A stretch of 64,000 nucleotides of DNA from the human T2T-CHM13v2.0 reference genome, Homo sapiens: the NCBI RefSeq assembly GCF_009914755.1, contig NC_060944.1; one strand, 5' to 3'. Position 1 is the stretch's first letter; every line of letters starts with the position of its first letter. The translations under genes and the position numbers were made by a program. Below, piece by piece: positions 29,832-43,452 of this stretch. The notes below the pieces were generated by a model, which did not search any database, was not told the DNA's origin, and was given only the letters and a program-made list of their open reading frames with translations.

Positions 29832-30289
29832 TCTACAGGGAAAATATATCTTAAATATGTGAAGAGGCAGTGGGTTTCTGCAGCTAGAAATTCTCACAGT
29901 TAATAGTGGTCACTAGACATTAGTTTAAAAAACAAAATCCTGAGCAGACCAGCAACTTTGACATGACGAGATCCCATGTCGGGCTCCAGCCTCAGGACAG
30001 CAGGAGAACCTAAGCAAACTCCCACAGTCCTTACTTTATTCAAAACCCTGCCAGAGGCCCCCCATGTCCAGCTTGGTGCCCAGGTAACCTGAACCCCACT
30101 CCCAGCCTGGTATCTCTCACCAGCTCCTTCATACGAGTTCATCTTTCATTTGTCATTTAAGGCACAGAGAAAATATCACCTCCTCCAGCAAATATTCCAG
30201 GATCTCCTTTGAATCTGTAATGTGTTCCCCTACAACTTAGGACTTTTTGTCAAGATTTCTGCAAGTCACCTCCCAAGTTACCAGGAAGC

Positions 30290-30440
30290 TGCTTCAGGAT
30301 TCTCTGGGAGTGCTGGTTAAATGTGGAGATTTCTGCATCTCGTCCTGGTTAGCCAGATTCAGGGGTGGGTGGCACCAAATCTGCATTTTCAACAATGCCT
30401 TCTAGAGGTGGCTGAGACTGACAACCCCTGTGCCAGGTTA
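30290..30440. mobile_element. MER5-like hAT fragment
   Basis: aatctgcattttcaaca, ttaaatgtggagatt, tgacaacccctg motifs. Confidence 0.5.
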
Positions 30441-31819
30441 AGGGATTTATCATTTTGTCACCTGATAAATGATTCTTGGATATCTGCTTGACACCAGCAC
30501 AATTATAAGCAGATACGACGATGGAAAACACTTCCTGAGCCCTTCTGTTTCTGCTGCGTGAAGAAGACACTAATCATGGTCACATATAAGGGACCGTGAT
30601 GTGACGGTGTGAAATGCTGTGGGACTCTGCAGGTGCAGTCGCTTGAGCGAGTCTTAAAGAACGAGAAGTGCTTCGCCACGTGTGTGGGGGATTATGGGTA
30701 TTCCGGGCAGAGAGAGGGGAGGTGCAAAACAAGAGCCACAGGACGGACCCAGGAACCCTCAGAGGACTGCAGATTCTCCACTTGAGCGAAAGCACAGGGA
30801 GCTCATATGATGAAGGTCAGTGGGGACCAGATGACAAATGCCCCGCGTTCTTCCTGCAGCAAGAGGGAAATGAGTGAAGGACCTGCTCTGAAAGGACCAC
30901 CGTAGGAGAACTGGGAGAGGTGACCTTAGCCCTGAAGCTATTCTCAGTCTTGAAGGAACCAAGCCACAGAGGACATCCCAATAGGCTGTGGCATGGCTCT
31001 GTGTGTCATCTTTGCTTTTTAATTCCCTTTGGCATCCGCTCACATGACGAGCCAGCCTGAATCAGATCTCCGCCTGTGTCCAGCCTCTATCTGCTCCCTT
31101 CCTCGGGCTGCTGCTGTCTGTGCTGGTGCACTCCCCACAAGCTGTCCTGCCCATCTCAACCTTGAGGCGGGCATCCCCCGATACTAGGAAGTGGATTGGC
31201 TTCACCCACCATCTTGACCCACCATGTATCCTCAGCACCAATGAATACTTAATGAAATGAAGGAGCTATTTATATTCTCAGAAAGGACTTCTATTAAACT
31301 AAAAATAAGAGGTTAAGTCTTTGTGGCAAGTTGGTTTTGACTGCACATTTGGAAGAGAGTGGTGATTAGATTAAAAGTACTCAGAGTTGGGGGTGAAATG
31401 TGCATGGGTTTTCATGATTCAACCAGATAAGCCTCCAGATGCCGGGCGGCTTGCAGTCCTCCTCTGGTGCCATCAGAGAAACTTTAAAAGCCAATGGTTC
31501 CTATGGGAAACACCATGAAGATACAAAATGTATCTGCCCAGAACTAAACTGTTAATGAAAATGAATAAAACAGAAACAAAATTCACCAACACAGAGCATA
31601 TATACTCTGTGCCTGGCTTCCTTCATCTACCAAGACAACAACCAAAGTTGGTACAAAACCCTGCATTGTCAAATGAACACTCAAGAGTCTAAACTGCAGG
31701 AAAAATTTTTGAAAAATAATCCTTAAGAGATGTAACAGGTTTGGCTTTGAGGAGCCATAGGTTCTTTATTGAATCTACCACTAGGAGTGTGTGTACCAAG
31801 TACTTTTAAAGAAAAGCAA

Positions 31820-32113
31820 GGCCAGGCGTGGTGGCTCATGCCTGTAATCCCAGTACTTCGGGAGGCCAAGGCAGGAGGATAACCTGAGGTCATGAGTTCG
31901 AGACCAGCCTGGCCAACATGGAGAAACCCCATCTCTACTAAAAACACAAAAACTAGCCAGGCATGGTGGCAGGTACCTATATCCCAGCTACTTGGGAGGC
32001 TGAGGCAGAGGAATCTCTTGAACCCGGAAGGTGGAGGTTGCAAGTGAGCCTAGATCACACCACTGCACTCCAGTCTGGGCAACAGAGCGAGACTCCATCT
32101 CAAAAAAAAAAGA
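31820..32113 (+). mobile_element. AluS
   Basis: Full dimer. Confidence 0.95.
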
Positions 32114-33208
32114 AAGACATAATGTGTCAAAGAAAACTTTTTCTTAATTGATGACATGTTCTATCATTTACTGTATCCATCCATCCATCCATCCATCGAC
32201 CTGCTGAACTTTTGGAAAGCAGCCTGCACTGTTCTATCTATTCGTGGTGATGGTGATGTGATTGTACACATGGGTATAAGCTCATCTAACTATACAGCTT
32301 AAGGGTGAATTCTGCTGCATATCTATTGCCCCTCGACAGAGCTGACATTTTAAAAACCTATGTCTATCAATCTAACAAGTGTTTTCAGGGAGTGGGGACT
32401 TAGGAGGGTGGGGGTAGCAGAGGCAGGGAGATGACAACACATTCCTTAAAACACCAGAGTCATGCCAAATATTGAAAAAACTCCCCAAATTTAAAACAGG
32501 AAAAGAGCTTCCATCCTTATTTGGTGATAAGTACTGTTCACTCCTGTGTAGAGCTGCTTTTGCCAGGGCAGTCACCTGCCTAAAAAGGAAGAATGGGGGT
32601 TAGGGGAGGGGAGGTAGGGGAAGCAGAAGGCCATGAGGAGGAGGATGAGCAATTCAGAGCCCAGGGAAATGTTTGGGGCAAGAAGGACCTGACAGTTGAA
32701 GAAGAAAGGTTGTAGAAAACCAAATTCATTAAACTTTCATGTAACAAGAGGACTCAATCAGACTCCTAGGCCCTTGAAACATCACAAATACCAGCTAACA
32801 GAGGAAGGGTGGAGTAACTGAAGGGAGACCACCCAGAAAAGCTAGAGTTGCAGGAACAAAAGCGAGTAGACCCGCCTTAGAGAACAAGCTTGGCTGAGGC
32901 AAGAGGGTCTCCGGCCTCAGGAGGGGCTGGATCAAATGCCCTTACAGCTTTCTGATGGCCTCTGCCATAGATTCCAGGGTCAGTGGGGCCCACCCTGGCT
33001 GGGGACACTGGCAGTGTGGCCAACCCCAAGCCCTGCTACACTCATCAGGTCTGCGTTGCTACACAAGGCTGTCCAGCCCTTGCTCGCTGTGCACCCGCTG
33101 CACTACCTGCCTCCTTCCCTCCCAGTGGGGAAAACTAAGATAAACAGAGTCAGCCACTGAGTGTGGACAGGTACCAGGCATCAGCTCACCTGATGCTCGC
33201 TAACAATC

Positions 33209-33578
<370 letters not shown>

Positions 33579-33699
33579 TAAATGATGGAAAGGGAGCCCA
33601 GCCGCCTCTGCATCCAAGGACTCAGTGCAGCTGGCAGTGGGGACAGGGCAGAGACCCTTAGCCAAGGTCATCACCTCCACGTTCTCACCGGTCTACCTT

Positions 33700-33935
33700 A
33701 TCTCGGCTCACTGCAACCTCTGCCTCTCGGGTTCAAGGGATTGTCCTTGCCTCAGCCTCCCGAGTACCTGGGATATAGGCACCCACCACCATGCCCAGCT
33801 AATTTCTGTACTTTTAGTAGAGATGAGGTTTCACCATGTTGGCCAAGCTGATCTCCAACTCCTGACCTCAGGTGATCCGCCCGCCTCAGCCTCCCAAAGT
33901 GCTGGGATTACAGGCATGAGCCACCGTGCCCAGCC
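33700..33935 (-). mobile_element. AluS lacking its 3' end and tail
   Basis: Begins at atctcggctcactgc with no poly(T). Confidence 0.9.
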
Positions 33936-34519
33936 TGGTCTCCCATATTAATGTATGATTTTAAATTCCTTTTTAGTTAAGTGGATGGTAACAAATTTTT
34001 TTATTTGGGCACAAAACCCTATAATCTGCCATTATGTGCCTGCTTGACATGACAAAATACAAAGGATTTGACATCACCTACACAGTAATTTTGGCAACAA
34101 TGTTTACCCTAAATCAACCATGCCTCCAGCCCCATCTTCTGGTTGACAACAAATCAGAGGGATTGTGGGACAAATCAAACAATATGACAGGGACACAATC
34201 AAGACAAAATCAGACACGAGACACCAGGTCTGGAATCTTTTTAAAAAGATGATGACGTGGGGAGGAAAAAGGTGGAGACAGCAAAGAGACACAACAAACA
34301 AATGCACCACACGAAGGAGACTGGTTTAGAGAGGGAATAATGGGGAAAGGTATTTTAGGAACAACTGGGAAGTTAAATACGAACTGCATATGAGATGATG
34401 AAACAGAATGATTGTTAATGTTCTTAGGTGTGACAAATGGTCTCCTGTGATACACAAGAGACACCGTCATTGCTAGGAGAGTATGTAGGGGTGAGCCATC
34501 ATGCTATCTGCAACTTTAC

Positions 34520-34813
34520 TTTTTTTTTTTTTAGACAGGATCTCGCTCTGTCTCCCAGGCTGGAATGCAGTGGCGTGATCATGGCTCAGTGAAGCCTCAT
34601 CTCCTGGGCTCAAGCGACCCTCCCACTTCAGCCTCTCAAGTAGCTGGGACCACAGGTGCACGCCACCACACCCAGCTAATTATTTTTATTATTTGTAGAG
34701 ACAAGGTCTCACTATGTTGTCCAGGCTGGTCTCAAACTCCTGGGCTTAAGCAATCCTCCCGCCTCAGACTCCCAAAGTGCTGGGATTACAGCCCTGAACC
34801 GCCTTGCTCAGCC
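34520..34813 (-). mobile_element. AluJ
   Basis: TSD tgcaactttacttt. Confidence 0.93.
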
Positions 34814-35998
34814 TGCAACTTTACTTTCAAGTGGCTCAAAAATCAAAAAAATTACACTTGTACCCCAACATACATATACAGAAAGAGAAGTGGGGTCTCT
34901 CCCTTGCCCCAATCTGATCACCGCATCCCTCCATGCTTCTAAGTTTTATAAACAATCATGAGTTCGAAGTCCCCAGATTTAAGACCTTCAAGTCTCCTGG
35001 AGCCACCCCTTGTACTCAATGAGCACATATCATGGACAAGGTTCCATTACGGGCCCCAGGAACCTGACAGGATAGAAGACAGAGGAACTCTCTCTCCTTA
35101 GGGCAGACAATCTGGTTAGAGGCCAGGTTCCTAAACCAGCTACAATGACTCTCTTGGCCAAACCCTACCTTTTCTCAGCACATGAACATGCTGTGTGCCT
35201 ACAGCAGGCCTGAGAACGGCCAGGAGGGCTCTCTCAGAGGGGGCATCCTACCTTTCATTTTGCTGGAGAGGTCAGAGTGATGCTTCTAAGAGGGGCCTGG
35301 AGTGAAAGGCTGAGGGTGGCCCCACAGATGCCGTAAGACTCTCCTCCCACCAGCCTGCGGGAAAGTCAGTGTGGTGACGGCGGGGCAGGGTCTTGGAGGG
35401 CCCTAGAGACACCAAGGGTCAGGGGTGGGAACTCTGGGAAGCTCAGAGGTGCCACAAAAGAATGACGGCTGCAGGCTGGCTAGGGGACTCTCAAAACCCT
35501 GACCTGATTTCTCTGGATTTTAAAGGCTTTGTACTAATTCCCGGAACAAGGGTTAGCTGGAATTGACATCACAGACCAACCAGAATGAGAACTGTTGAAA
35601 CCTCGCTCAGGGGAAAACTCGGTAATGAAGACCTCCTTGACACAAAGCTCAGGGGATCAAGGTCAAAGGAGAGGAGGGAGGAGGAAAAGGTAGGGAGGAA
35701 GAGGGAGAGGGAGAGGGAATGCCATGAGGAAGGGCCGTGAGGAAGCTGCCTTTCCCTAAGCAAAGGCTTGGAAAGCACCAAAGCCTCCTAAAGTCCTCAA
35801 CAACTGGGGCTAAGGCCCACAACCTCCAATGCAAAAAGACAACGGCCCCTGGAAGAAAAGGAAAACTTTCATGCCAGGGGAGAGATGTGCAGTGAAGGAA
35901 GAAGGGTCTGCAGCCTGCACAACTCAGACATGCTTCACGTGGTCTCAGCCAGTCAGCCTTGGGAAATGTACCCCCATGCTGTGGCATCTACAATCGGC

Positions 35999-36164
35999 CT
36001 CCTGTTCTTACTCTGCTCAAACTGCTTCCCAAGCCAGCAGGGAGGGGAACCATGCTGCCTGCTGACCTGGGTAGTTCTATTTAGGTCTTGTGACACAACA
36101 GTGGGCAAGGTGATGCCCTCTGTGACCAAAAGTATTTACCCCAAGTTCCCCCAGGCCCTCCCTT
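35999..36164 (+). repeat. Dispersed direct repeat B, copy 1 (166 bp)
   Basis: About 94% identical to 39016-39174. Confidence 0.92.
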
Positions 36165-36168
36165 TCGT

Positions 36169-36259
36169 CTGCAAAGACACACATCTGTTTCACTGTGTCT
36201 TCTGCAAAGACACACATCTGTTTCACTGTGTCTTCTGCAAAGACACACATCTGTTTCAC
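36169..36259 (+). repeat. 33-bp minisatellite, about 2.8 perfect copies
   Basis: Unit ctgcaaagacacacatctgtttcactgtgtctt at 36169, 36202 and 36235. Confidence 0.95.
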
Positions 36260-39015
36260 CTTCATGGGTTTCCCATCAACTCTGATCATTTTTATAGAAT
36301 GAAACAGGTTTCCAGGATAGCATTCCACTCAGATCAAGAGCCCATGTGAAATGAGGGGGACGACTTGACCACAGCACCTTGTTCCTTCCTGTAATCTAGA
36401 CACTTCTGCACAATAGAGGGCCCACCCCTCAAGGGCACAGGCCATGGTTTGTCCTCAGGCTCCCTTCACCCACAACATCCAGCGTGACAGAAATACTGGG
36501 TACTCAGCAAGAGGCAGTCAAATGCACAATGCAGGATACAGAACCGAAACACAACAGGGGAACCACTTCGGAGCTGGAGAAGTCTGACACTGTGTCTTAG
36601 AAATCACGAAAGCTGGACACGAAAAACTTTTCCTTCTGCTGCCCTAAGCCTAAGGAAATGAGTGGTGAGCTTCTCCAAAGCAAAAACACAACCCAAAAAA
36701 GCCCACAGAGGCCATCTGCCATCCTTCCGGCAGTGCTGCTGGGAGTCAGGCCTGCACGCCCGGCTGCATCTGCCTTTCCTCTCCACCTTGCTCCCTGCTC
36801 ACAGTCTCTCTACCCCAACTGCAGAAAATAAACACAGAAGTCTAAAAGAAATGATAATTCACAGCCTATGATGGATCTATCTAAGCAACTAGCAGAACTA
36901 AAAGTCTAAAATATGAGTTCACATTTTCATATGCAAAAACTCCCAAAAAGTATTTTAGGAAACATAATAATCTACAAAAACACAATAGATTCATTAAAAT
37001 TAGGCGAAATATATCATTCCCAGGACACCTGAGGGAGAAGCCTTCTTTCATTTTCACAAAGGAAACGGGGCTCGAGGGGTCACTTGTCCAAGGTCATAAT
37101 GCCACATGCTGTAAACATATCTCTATCCTCAGAAATGTAGGTTTGATACCCAAGGGGTTAGAATTCCATAAAAGTATCCCAAAATCTGACTTTCACTTGC
37201 AATGGCCATGCGTCCAGCTCTGGCAGTATTGATCTTGGTGAGCACCCCTAGAACAGATGCTGTCCTGAGTGAGATCTGGGTGTCCAAGTACCAGAGGGGG
37301 CCTCACCCTACTGAGGTCTGGCTGCCAACCTTGCTCTGCTGGATGGGAACAGCGCATATGCTCACGGAGGAGTTGGCCATTTGGGGATTTCTGCTCTTCC
37401 CTCACTAACCCCACAGGAAACCTGAGGCAAGGCTGTGAGAGGTGGTGCGGCTGACAAGGTAGCCTGGCCTCGTCTGGCCTAGCGCAAAGATGGGAACAGG
37501 AAGGGTGGAGGAGTCTGCATCCCAACAGGAAGGGATGGAGGGTGGAGAGACGTGGGGGGGATGAGAGAAGAGGAGACACACGAACATGGGGTGCAGCAAA
37601 CGTGCCCCCCACGGTGACTGGCCAGTCAAGGGGGGAACCAGCGGCCTCTCTCGTTGCCTCAGTGCCCCTTCGCTGCCTCAGACACGCAGCCCCCTGCACA
37701 GCAGGCCCCCAAGTGTGCTAAGGACCCACACGGAAGAAGGTCTGCAGACAGGGTCTGAGGCCGTGCGGAGCAGGAGCCCCCACCGGAGCCCCAGCTCACT
37801 GCCCACCTGCTGGTCGGAGAGGAAGCAAGGGGTGCAGGCAACACACAGCACTGCAGGCTCAGATTCACAGCAAAAGCCCCCCTCAGCCTGGGAGGCCCAG
37901 ACTGCCCACAAGGTGCTGGCAGGGGCGCTCCCCTCCCCCATCCCAAAGGCTCTCTCTAAGCCGCTCCACTGGAAAGATTCTTTAATCAGGACACATGAAG
38001 CACATTCCATTCCGTGCTGCTTCTCTTTCCAGCTAAGGATTCAAAGCAGGAAGGGACCCCCAGGACGAGAAAGAGTGAGACTGGGGAATGAGTTCAGTCC
38101 TAGCACAGTCACCTTCCTATCCCACACCCCTGAGGCTTGCCTAGGCCCCCATCACCTTTCTCATGGATGTCACTGATCCCCTGGGATGGTCCTCACCCCC
38201 TATACTAAGTAACCAAGTAACGTCCTTCAAGGCACAGCCCCGGGGGCGAGTCCCCTGCTAACAAAGCCATTGAATGCTCCCTGTGCCTGTTGATAAGTCC
38301 CAAGCTCTGGCCTCTGTGTGCCTGGGCAGGGGGATCATGCCAGGCTGTGACTTCCTGCCTTTGCTCCTGCCCCTGCTGGGATGGAAGCTGCTCCCTCAGC
38401 CCTCCTGGGCAGAGCCCTTGGAGCCTGCAGGGCCTGTCTCAAACACCACCTCCTCCAGGGCTCCCACCAAGTCCCCTGGAGGATGCACTGTGTCTCCCTG
38501 ATGGCGCTGCCCTTCGTGCTGCAAGCCATGTGCTTCGATGTCACCATTGCGCCCCACAATGGCCAGGCCCCGCACCTGCCACATAGACCAGTCACTGAAT
38601 ATCTGCAGGGCTGAGCCAGTACTCTTTCTCTTTGCCCAGGTTAAGAGAACGGGCACCACCCACACCCCGACAACCATAGAAAACCCCTATCACAAGCCCA
38701 ACACCCCACCAAAGTCCCCAGCACACCTGCACCTGCCCAGCAGCACACAGTTGCTGACGTGATTAGAGTCAGCACCACCTGATTTATGACTAAGCAAATG
38801 GCCACACTGTGGGGAGGATGGAAGCAGGGGTGGGGCTGCCATTCCTTGCACAGCCAAAGGTCATGGGGGACTCACTCTGACTCCTCACAAACACAGCAAG
38901 AAAGGCTGCTTTCACCCAGCCTTGTGGGCATGGGGCGCACAGACACGCACCCTCCTCCAGGCCACAGCTCTGCATTTTGGGTCCCTGAGCCATCCCAGTA
39001 GGGTGTCAAATCCCT

Positions 39016-39174
39016 CTCCTGTTCTTACTCCGCTCAAACTGCTTCCCAGGCCAGCAGGGAGGTGAACCACGCTGACCCAGGTAGTTCTGTTTAGGTCTTG
39101 TGCCCCAACAGTGGGCAAGATGATGCCCTCTGTGACCAAAAGTATTTACCCCAAGTTCCCCCAGGCCCTCCCTT
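39016..39174 (+). repeat. Dispersed direct repeat B, copy 2 (159 bp)
   Basis: Last 54 bp identical to 36111-36164. Confidence 0.92.
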
Positions 39175-40149
39175 CTGTGTCCCATTAGCAACTTTGCCCA
39201 TCAGGCTCAGCTGCTGGCCAGGCCTGGCCTCCTTGGCATGAGCTGGGGCAGAGCTGCACACGGTACACACTTCACTGCAATAAACACAGCTTTCATCCCC
39301 TATTCAGGTCAACCAATAATGCTCAGCTAGAGACACTGACCAAATTCACAGAGGGATTATGCCTACAAATCCACGGATAAGTCAGCGGTTTAGAAAAAGA
39401 ACATCTCCCCAGAGAACCAGTGCTCCATGGGCAAGGTAAGGATCCTGAGTGAGCCAAAAAAAGCTCTGCCGTGCATTCTGGACTTGAAGCACAGAGCCCT
39501 GAACACTGTACCCAAAGAATGAAAGAGGGTGCTAGTCAGGTTGAGCCCTTCTTGGAAGGCCCAGACCACATCTCCTTCCCCTAGTCGGTCAGTGATATCC
39601 CTGCCCTGCCCCCTGGGGGGTTTGAGGAGACCCTCCTCCCTTCAGCCCAGCTTGGTGGTTGTGGGCAGACTAGCAAGGGCTGGGATCTGGGAACCATCAG
39701 AGCTTGCCAGCCCCAAAGCCTTTAGTCCACATAGCTTCTTTCCATCAGCAGACCTGCAGCCTACCCTCCCAGGGTGTGGCCTACCCTGGCAACCAGAACA
39801 CCTGCACATGGCTCACCGCCCTCCAAGGCTCCCCTATCCCCGTGCCGCGTTAGGGCAACCCTGAGGTCCCGAAGGATTCTGACTCATCAGAATGCAGTCC
39901 CTGACTTCAGCTCACACCCACCTCCCACCGCAGGGAGGGCCAGGCCTTACTCAGCCTGTCTCTGACAGAGCAAGAGACAGCTGGCCGTGAACTTAGGACA
40001 GTCCTGCCAGAGCAGGCTCCACTTCCTGAGCAGTGCCCTGGGGTAAAGCAAGAGGCTGCACTGCGAAGAGGGGAGAGGAGCAGGAAAGGAGAGGAAAAGG
40101 CAAGCTTGCAGGAGGAGGTAGGAAGGTAGATAAGGATGTTTCTCTTCCT

Positions 40150-40860
40150 TCCTGTGCCAGCTCCACGTCCATTTAAGCTGGTGGCTGGAAATGCAGAAGT
40201 GAACAAGCCAAAGCCCTGGCATCAAGGAGGAAGCACCGTGGGAAAAAGACATAGAAACAAAAAGGACAAACTGGAATAAAGGCCACACTGGAAGGATGAA
40301 AACAAGGTGGGAATTCAGAGAACAATGAAGGGCTCCACAGAGTCGGGAGGGCAGGACAAGCTGGGCCTGGAGGATGAGCTGTTGTGTGCCAGGCGGGTTG
40401 AGGGAAGACACACAAGAAGGTAGACAGCGGGCCCTTGGGAGTGAGGCCAGGGAAGGCAGGAGACAGGGCTCAGAGGCATGGCTGGAGATGGAAGTGGGGC
40501 AGAGAGCAAGGGCAAGCCTAAATGCTGGGTGCAGCCTGGTGTGTAAAAAGGGAGGAGAGCTGCAGTGTGGCTCACCCTGAGGAGGGTGTGGAAGTAGAAA
40601 GATGGCACTGGGTGTGGGGCACAAAGTGAGTCCAAGAGCGGTGCCCTGGAGGCAGGGAAGCCAACGGGGAGCCTGGTGGGACACTCTGGTCTGAACGTAA
40701 GGAATAGGGGCACAGAGGGGTGCTGGGGAGCGAGCATGACTTGCCAAGGGGGCAGGGGAAGGAGAGTGAGGCTGAGTTTCCAGCTTGGACAACTGGGTAG
40801 GGGAAGGTGGCGGTGGTGCCATTCACCAAGAGAGGAAATGACTGGGAGGAACACTGAGGG
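40150..40860. mobile_element. L2 relic
   Basis: Purine-rich degenerate L2 pattern (gcagaagtgaacaag...ccctg; ttggacaactgggta...ggtggtgccattcac). Confidence 0.55.
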
Positions 40861-40987
40861 GTGGGGACCAACGGCCACTAGGACATTCCCGTGCCTCCAT
40901 TCTGTCCTTGCCAACAGCCCTAGGCAAACGGCGCAGCTCAATGCCTTCTGGGGGCTTTGGCATCCCCCATTAGTACCCCAATCTCAC

Positions 40988-41145
40988 CTGCATCCAAACG
41001 TTGTCTGTAGCAAAGTAGTGATTCCCACACAGAAGAAAATGGTCCCAATGAGCTGGCTGGTGGCCCACTGGTCGTACCCCACACACATGGCATCGGCCAA
41101 CAGGAAGGGCACTGCGATCGTGCCGCTGAAGCATGTCAGGTAGTG
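40988..41145 (-). CDS. SLC23A2: SVCT2 coding exon (158 nt, HYLTCF...TTFGC-R)
   Basis: cacag|CAC acceptor, CAG|gtgaga donor. Confidence 0.96.
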
Positions 41146-41253
41146 CTGTGGGCAGGAAAAGGGTCAGAGGAGAAACAGTAAACCCTTCCTCATTTATTCT
41201 TGATTTCATCCTAATTCTTCTCTCTTATTGTCGTTAAAAAATAGCCCACATAA

Positions 41254-41670
<417 letters not shown>

Positions 41671-43452
41671 TGAATCCATGCCTCACAAAGGAAACAGTCA
41701 ATATCAGCACTGGTGATATTTTACTTATGTAATTCTTATTAGAAATATTTGGGTTTCTTCCCCAAAATGCTTTTCTGGCATAAATTGCTAAAACCATAAG
41801 GCCTTTCTCCTCTAATCTGTTATCATGAATTGTGATGTGCTGAACTATTCTTGCATGCTTGAAACAAACCCTAGTTAGTCATACTGTATTTTTCTTCTGG
41901 GATTTGATTTGCTAATATTTTATACAGAATTTTGCATCTACATTTCTAGGTTAATTAGTCTATTTCTTTAAAAAAGTTCTTTCATGTCTGGGGATTAAAG
42001 TTACATAAGCTTCATAAGTTACATACGCATGGAGTGTTTTCTGTCTTTTTCTGTGAGCTGGCATTGTTTTCGAAAACAAAGAATTCGTCTGTTCCAGTCA
42101 GGGCAGGGTTAAGGGCGTACAGTAGCCATGGGAATCTTCCAGAAAGAACCCCATCCCACTTTCCTTTGGGAGTCCCCCCAACCCCCCGCCACACCTGTAG
42201 CCCTGGTAGGATAGTCCCAGCACTCACGACTCACTTCCCTCCCTTCCCCTGTTGACCAGTTCTTATTTCTGTTCTGCAAACTTCCTACTTTTCTTCCAGC
42301 AGCTTCCCATTCCTGCCCACGTTAGCCAAACATGCCACATGCAGCCCATGAAGCCCGACTGTAAAGGAGTTTCCTGGGGTGAAATACTCCTGTTCAGGAT
42401 GTCTCAGGGCTGCTCACAACTTTATGTACTCTGAATCGTCAGGAAGGGCATGATGCAGGCAGGGTTTCCCACTCCTATCTGACCAGGGAAGACTGCTGGG
42501 AACATTTATAAGATAAACATTCCAAAAAGTGTCCTTCCTGAATCTGGTTCAGAATGCTCAGCCCAAGGTAGACTAGTTGCCGAGGCCACTCAGCTCCTTT
42601 TGCTCTGACTCCTCCCCTACTCAACAGACACCTGCCAGTCGGGGTTACCATGGGCTGTGATACCTGAAACGGGGTGAGGGAAGGGCGGGGCAACTGGAAA
42701 CTCAACCAAAGTACCCAGCTGTTGGCAGCCCCACCCCAGGGTGAATGAACCTCTCTGGACAATGAGATGGATTTTCTCGGCACCTGAGATACCTTAGGTT
42801 GAACTGACCACACAAACTTGAGAAGGGAAAAATGCTAAGTCCGACCTCAGAACAGAGTCCAAGTTAAAACCAAAGCATATTCAGTCCAGGAGTGTGCATT
42901 TAAGAAAAGACCCTCCCCACGTTGTCCCCTTTCTCCAAAACGTCCCGCGTTCATCCTATGAAAGGGAAAAGGGTGCTGAAGACAGAGGAGGGAAGTATCA
43001 AAGACGCCGGAGGCCTCCATCAGCTATGTCACCACCCACCTTGTCCCTGAGCCCGGCTGCCCTCCCCTCCCACTGGAAGCTGCAGCAGACAAAGCTGCTG
43101 CTACCATGGCAAGTTTCCCTTCCTTTAAAAAATAAGACTGAAAACCTACCATTTAGGTCCTGGCCAACATGGCACTTTTCCGGGTAGCTCCTGTTTCATG
43201 GCAGAGGTTACCATGATTGTGGGTGGGTTAACTAGGCCAGGAATGGGAGATGAAAATTAATTTCTCTTTTCTCTATTCTTCAACTTTTCTCCTTTCTCTA
43301 TTCTTCCTTCTTTCTATAACTCTATTTCCTTTCCCTTCCTTTATGTCACTGCTCTTGCTTGTGCCCTGAACATCTTCTTTCTTTTCCCTGGTAATCCATT
43401 CTACCTGTTCTTTTCTTCCTCCTGCTGTGATGTCAACAATTCCCATTCATCA

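Noticed and set aside
36169-36259. CRISPR-like array (33-bp palindromic repeats)
   Set aside because: Units are directly adjacent with no unique spacers, there are no cas genes, and the context is a primate intron; it is a minisatellite
37193-38176. 168-aa and 196-aa overlapping ORFs
   Set aside because: GC-rich DNA with few stop codons, open in several frames, with no recognisable protein features
35999-39174. Intact LTR retroelement bounded by repeat B
   Set aside because: No TG...CA termini, PBS/PPT, TSD or gag/pol remnants; the interior appears to contain older MIR-like pieces
39947-40941. 291-aa and 208-aa minus-strand ORFs
   Set aside because: Low-complexity P/L/S/C-rich translations of a pyrimidine-rich strand overlapping an L2-like relic; no recognisable domain
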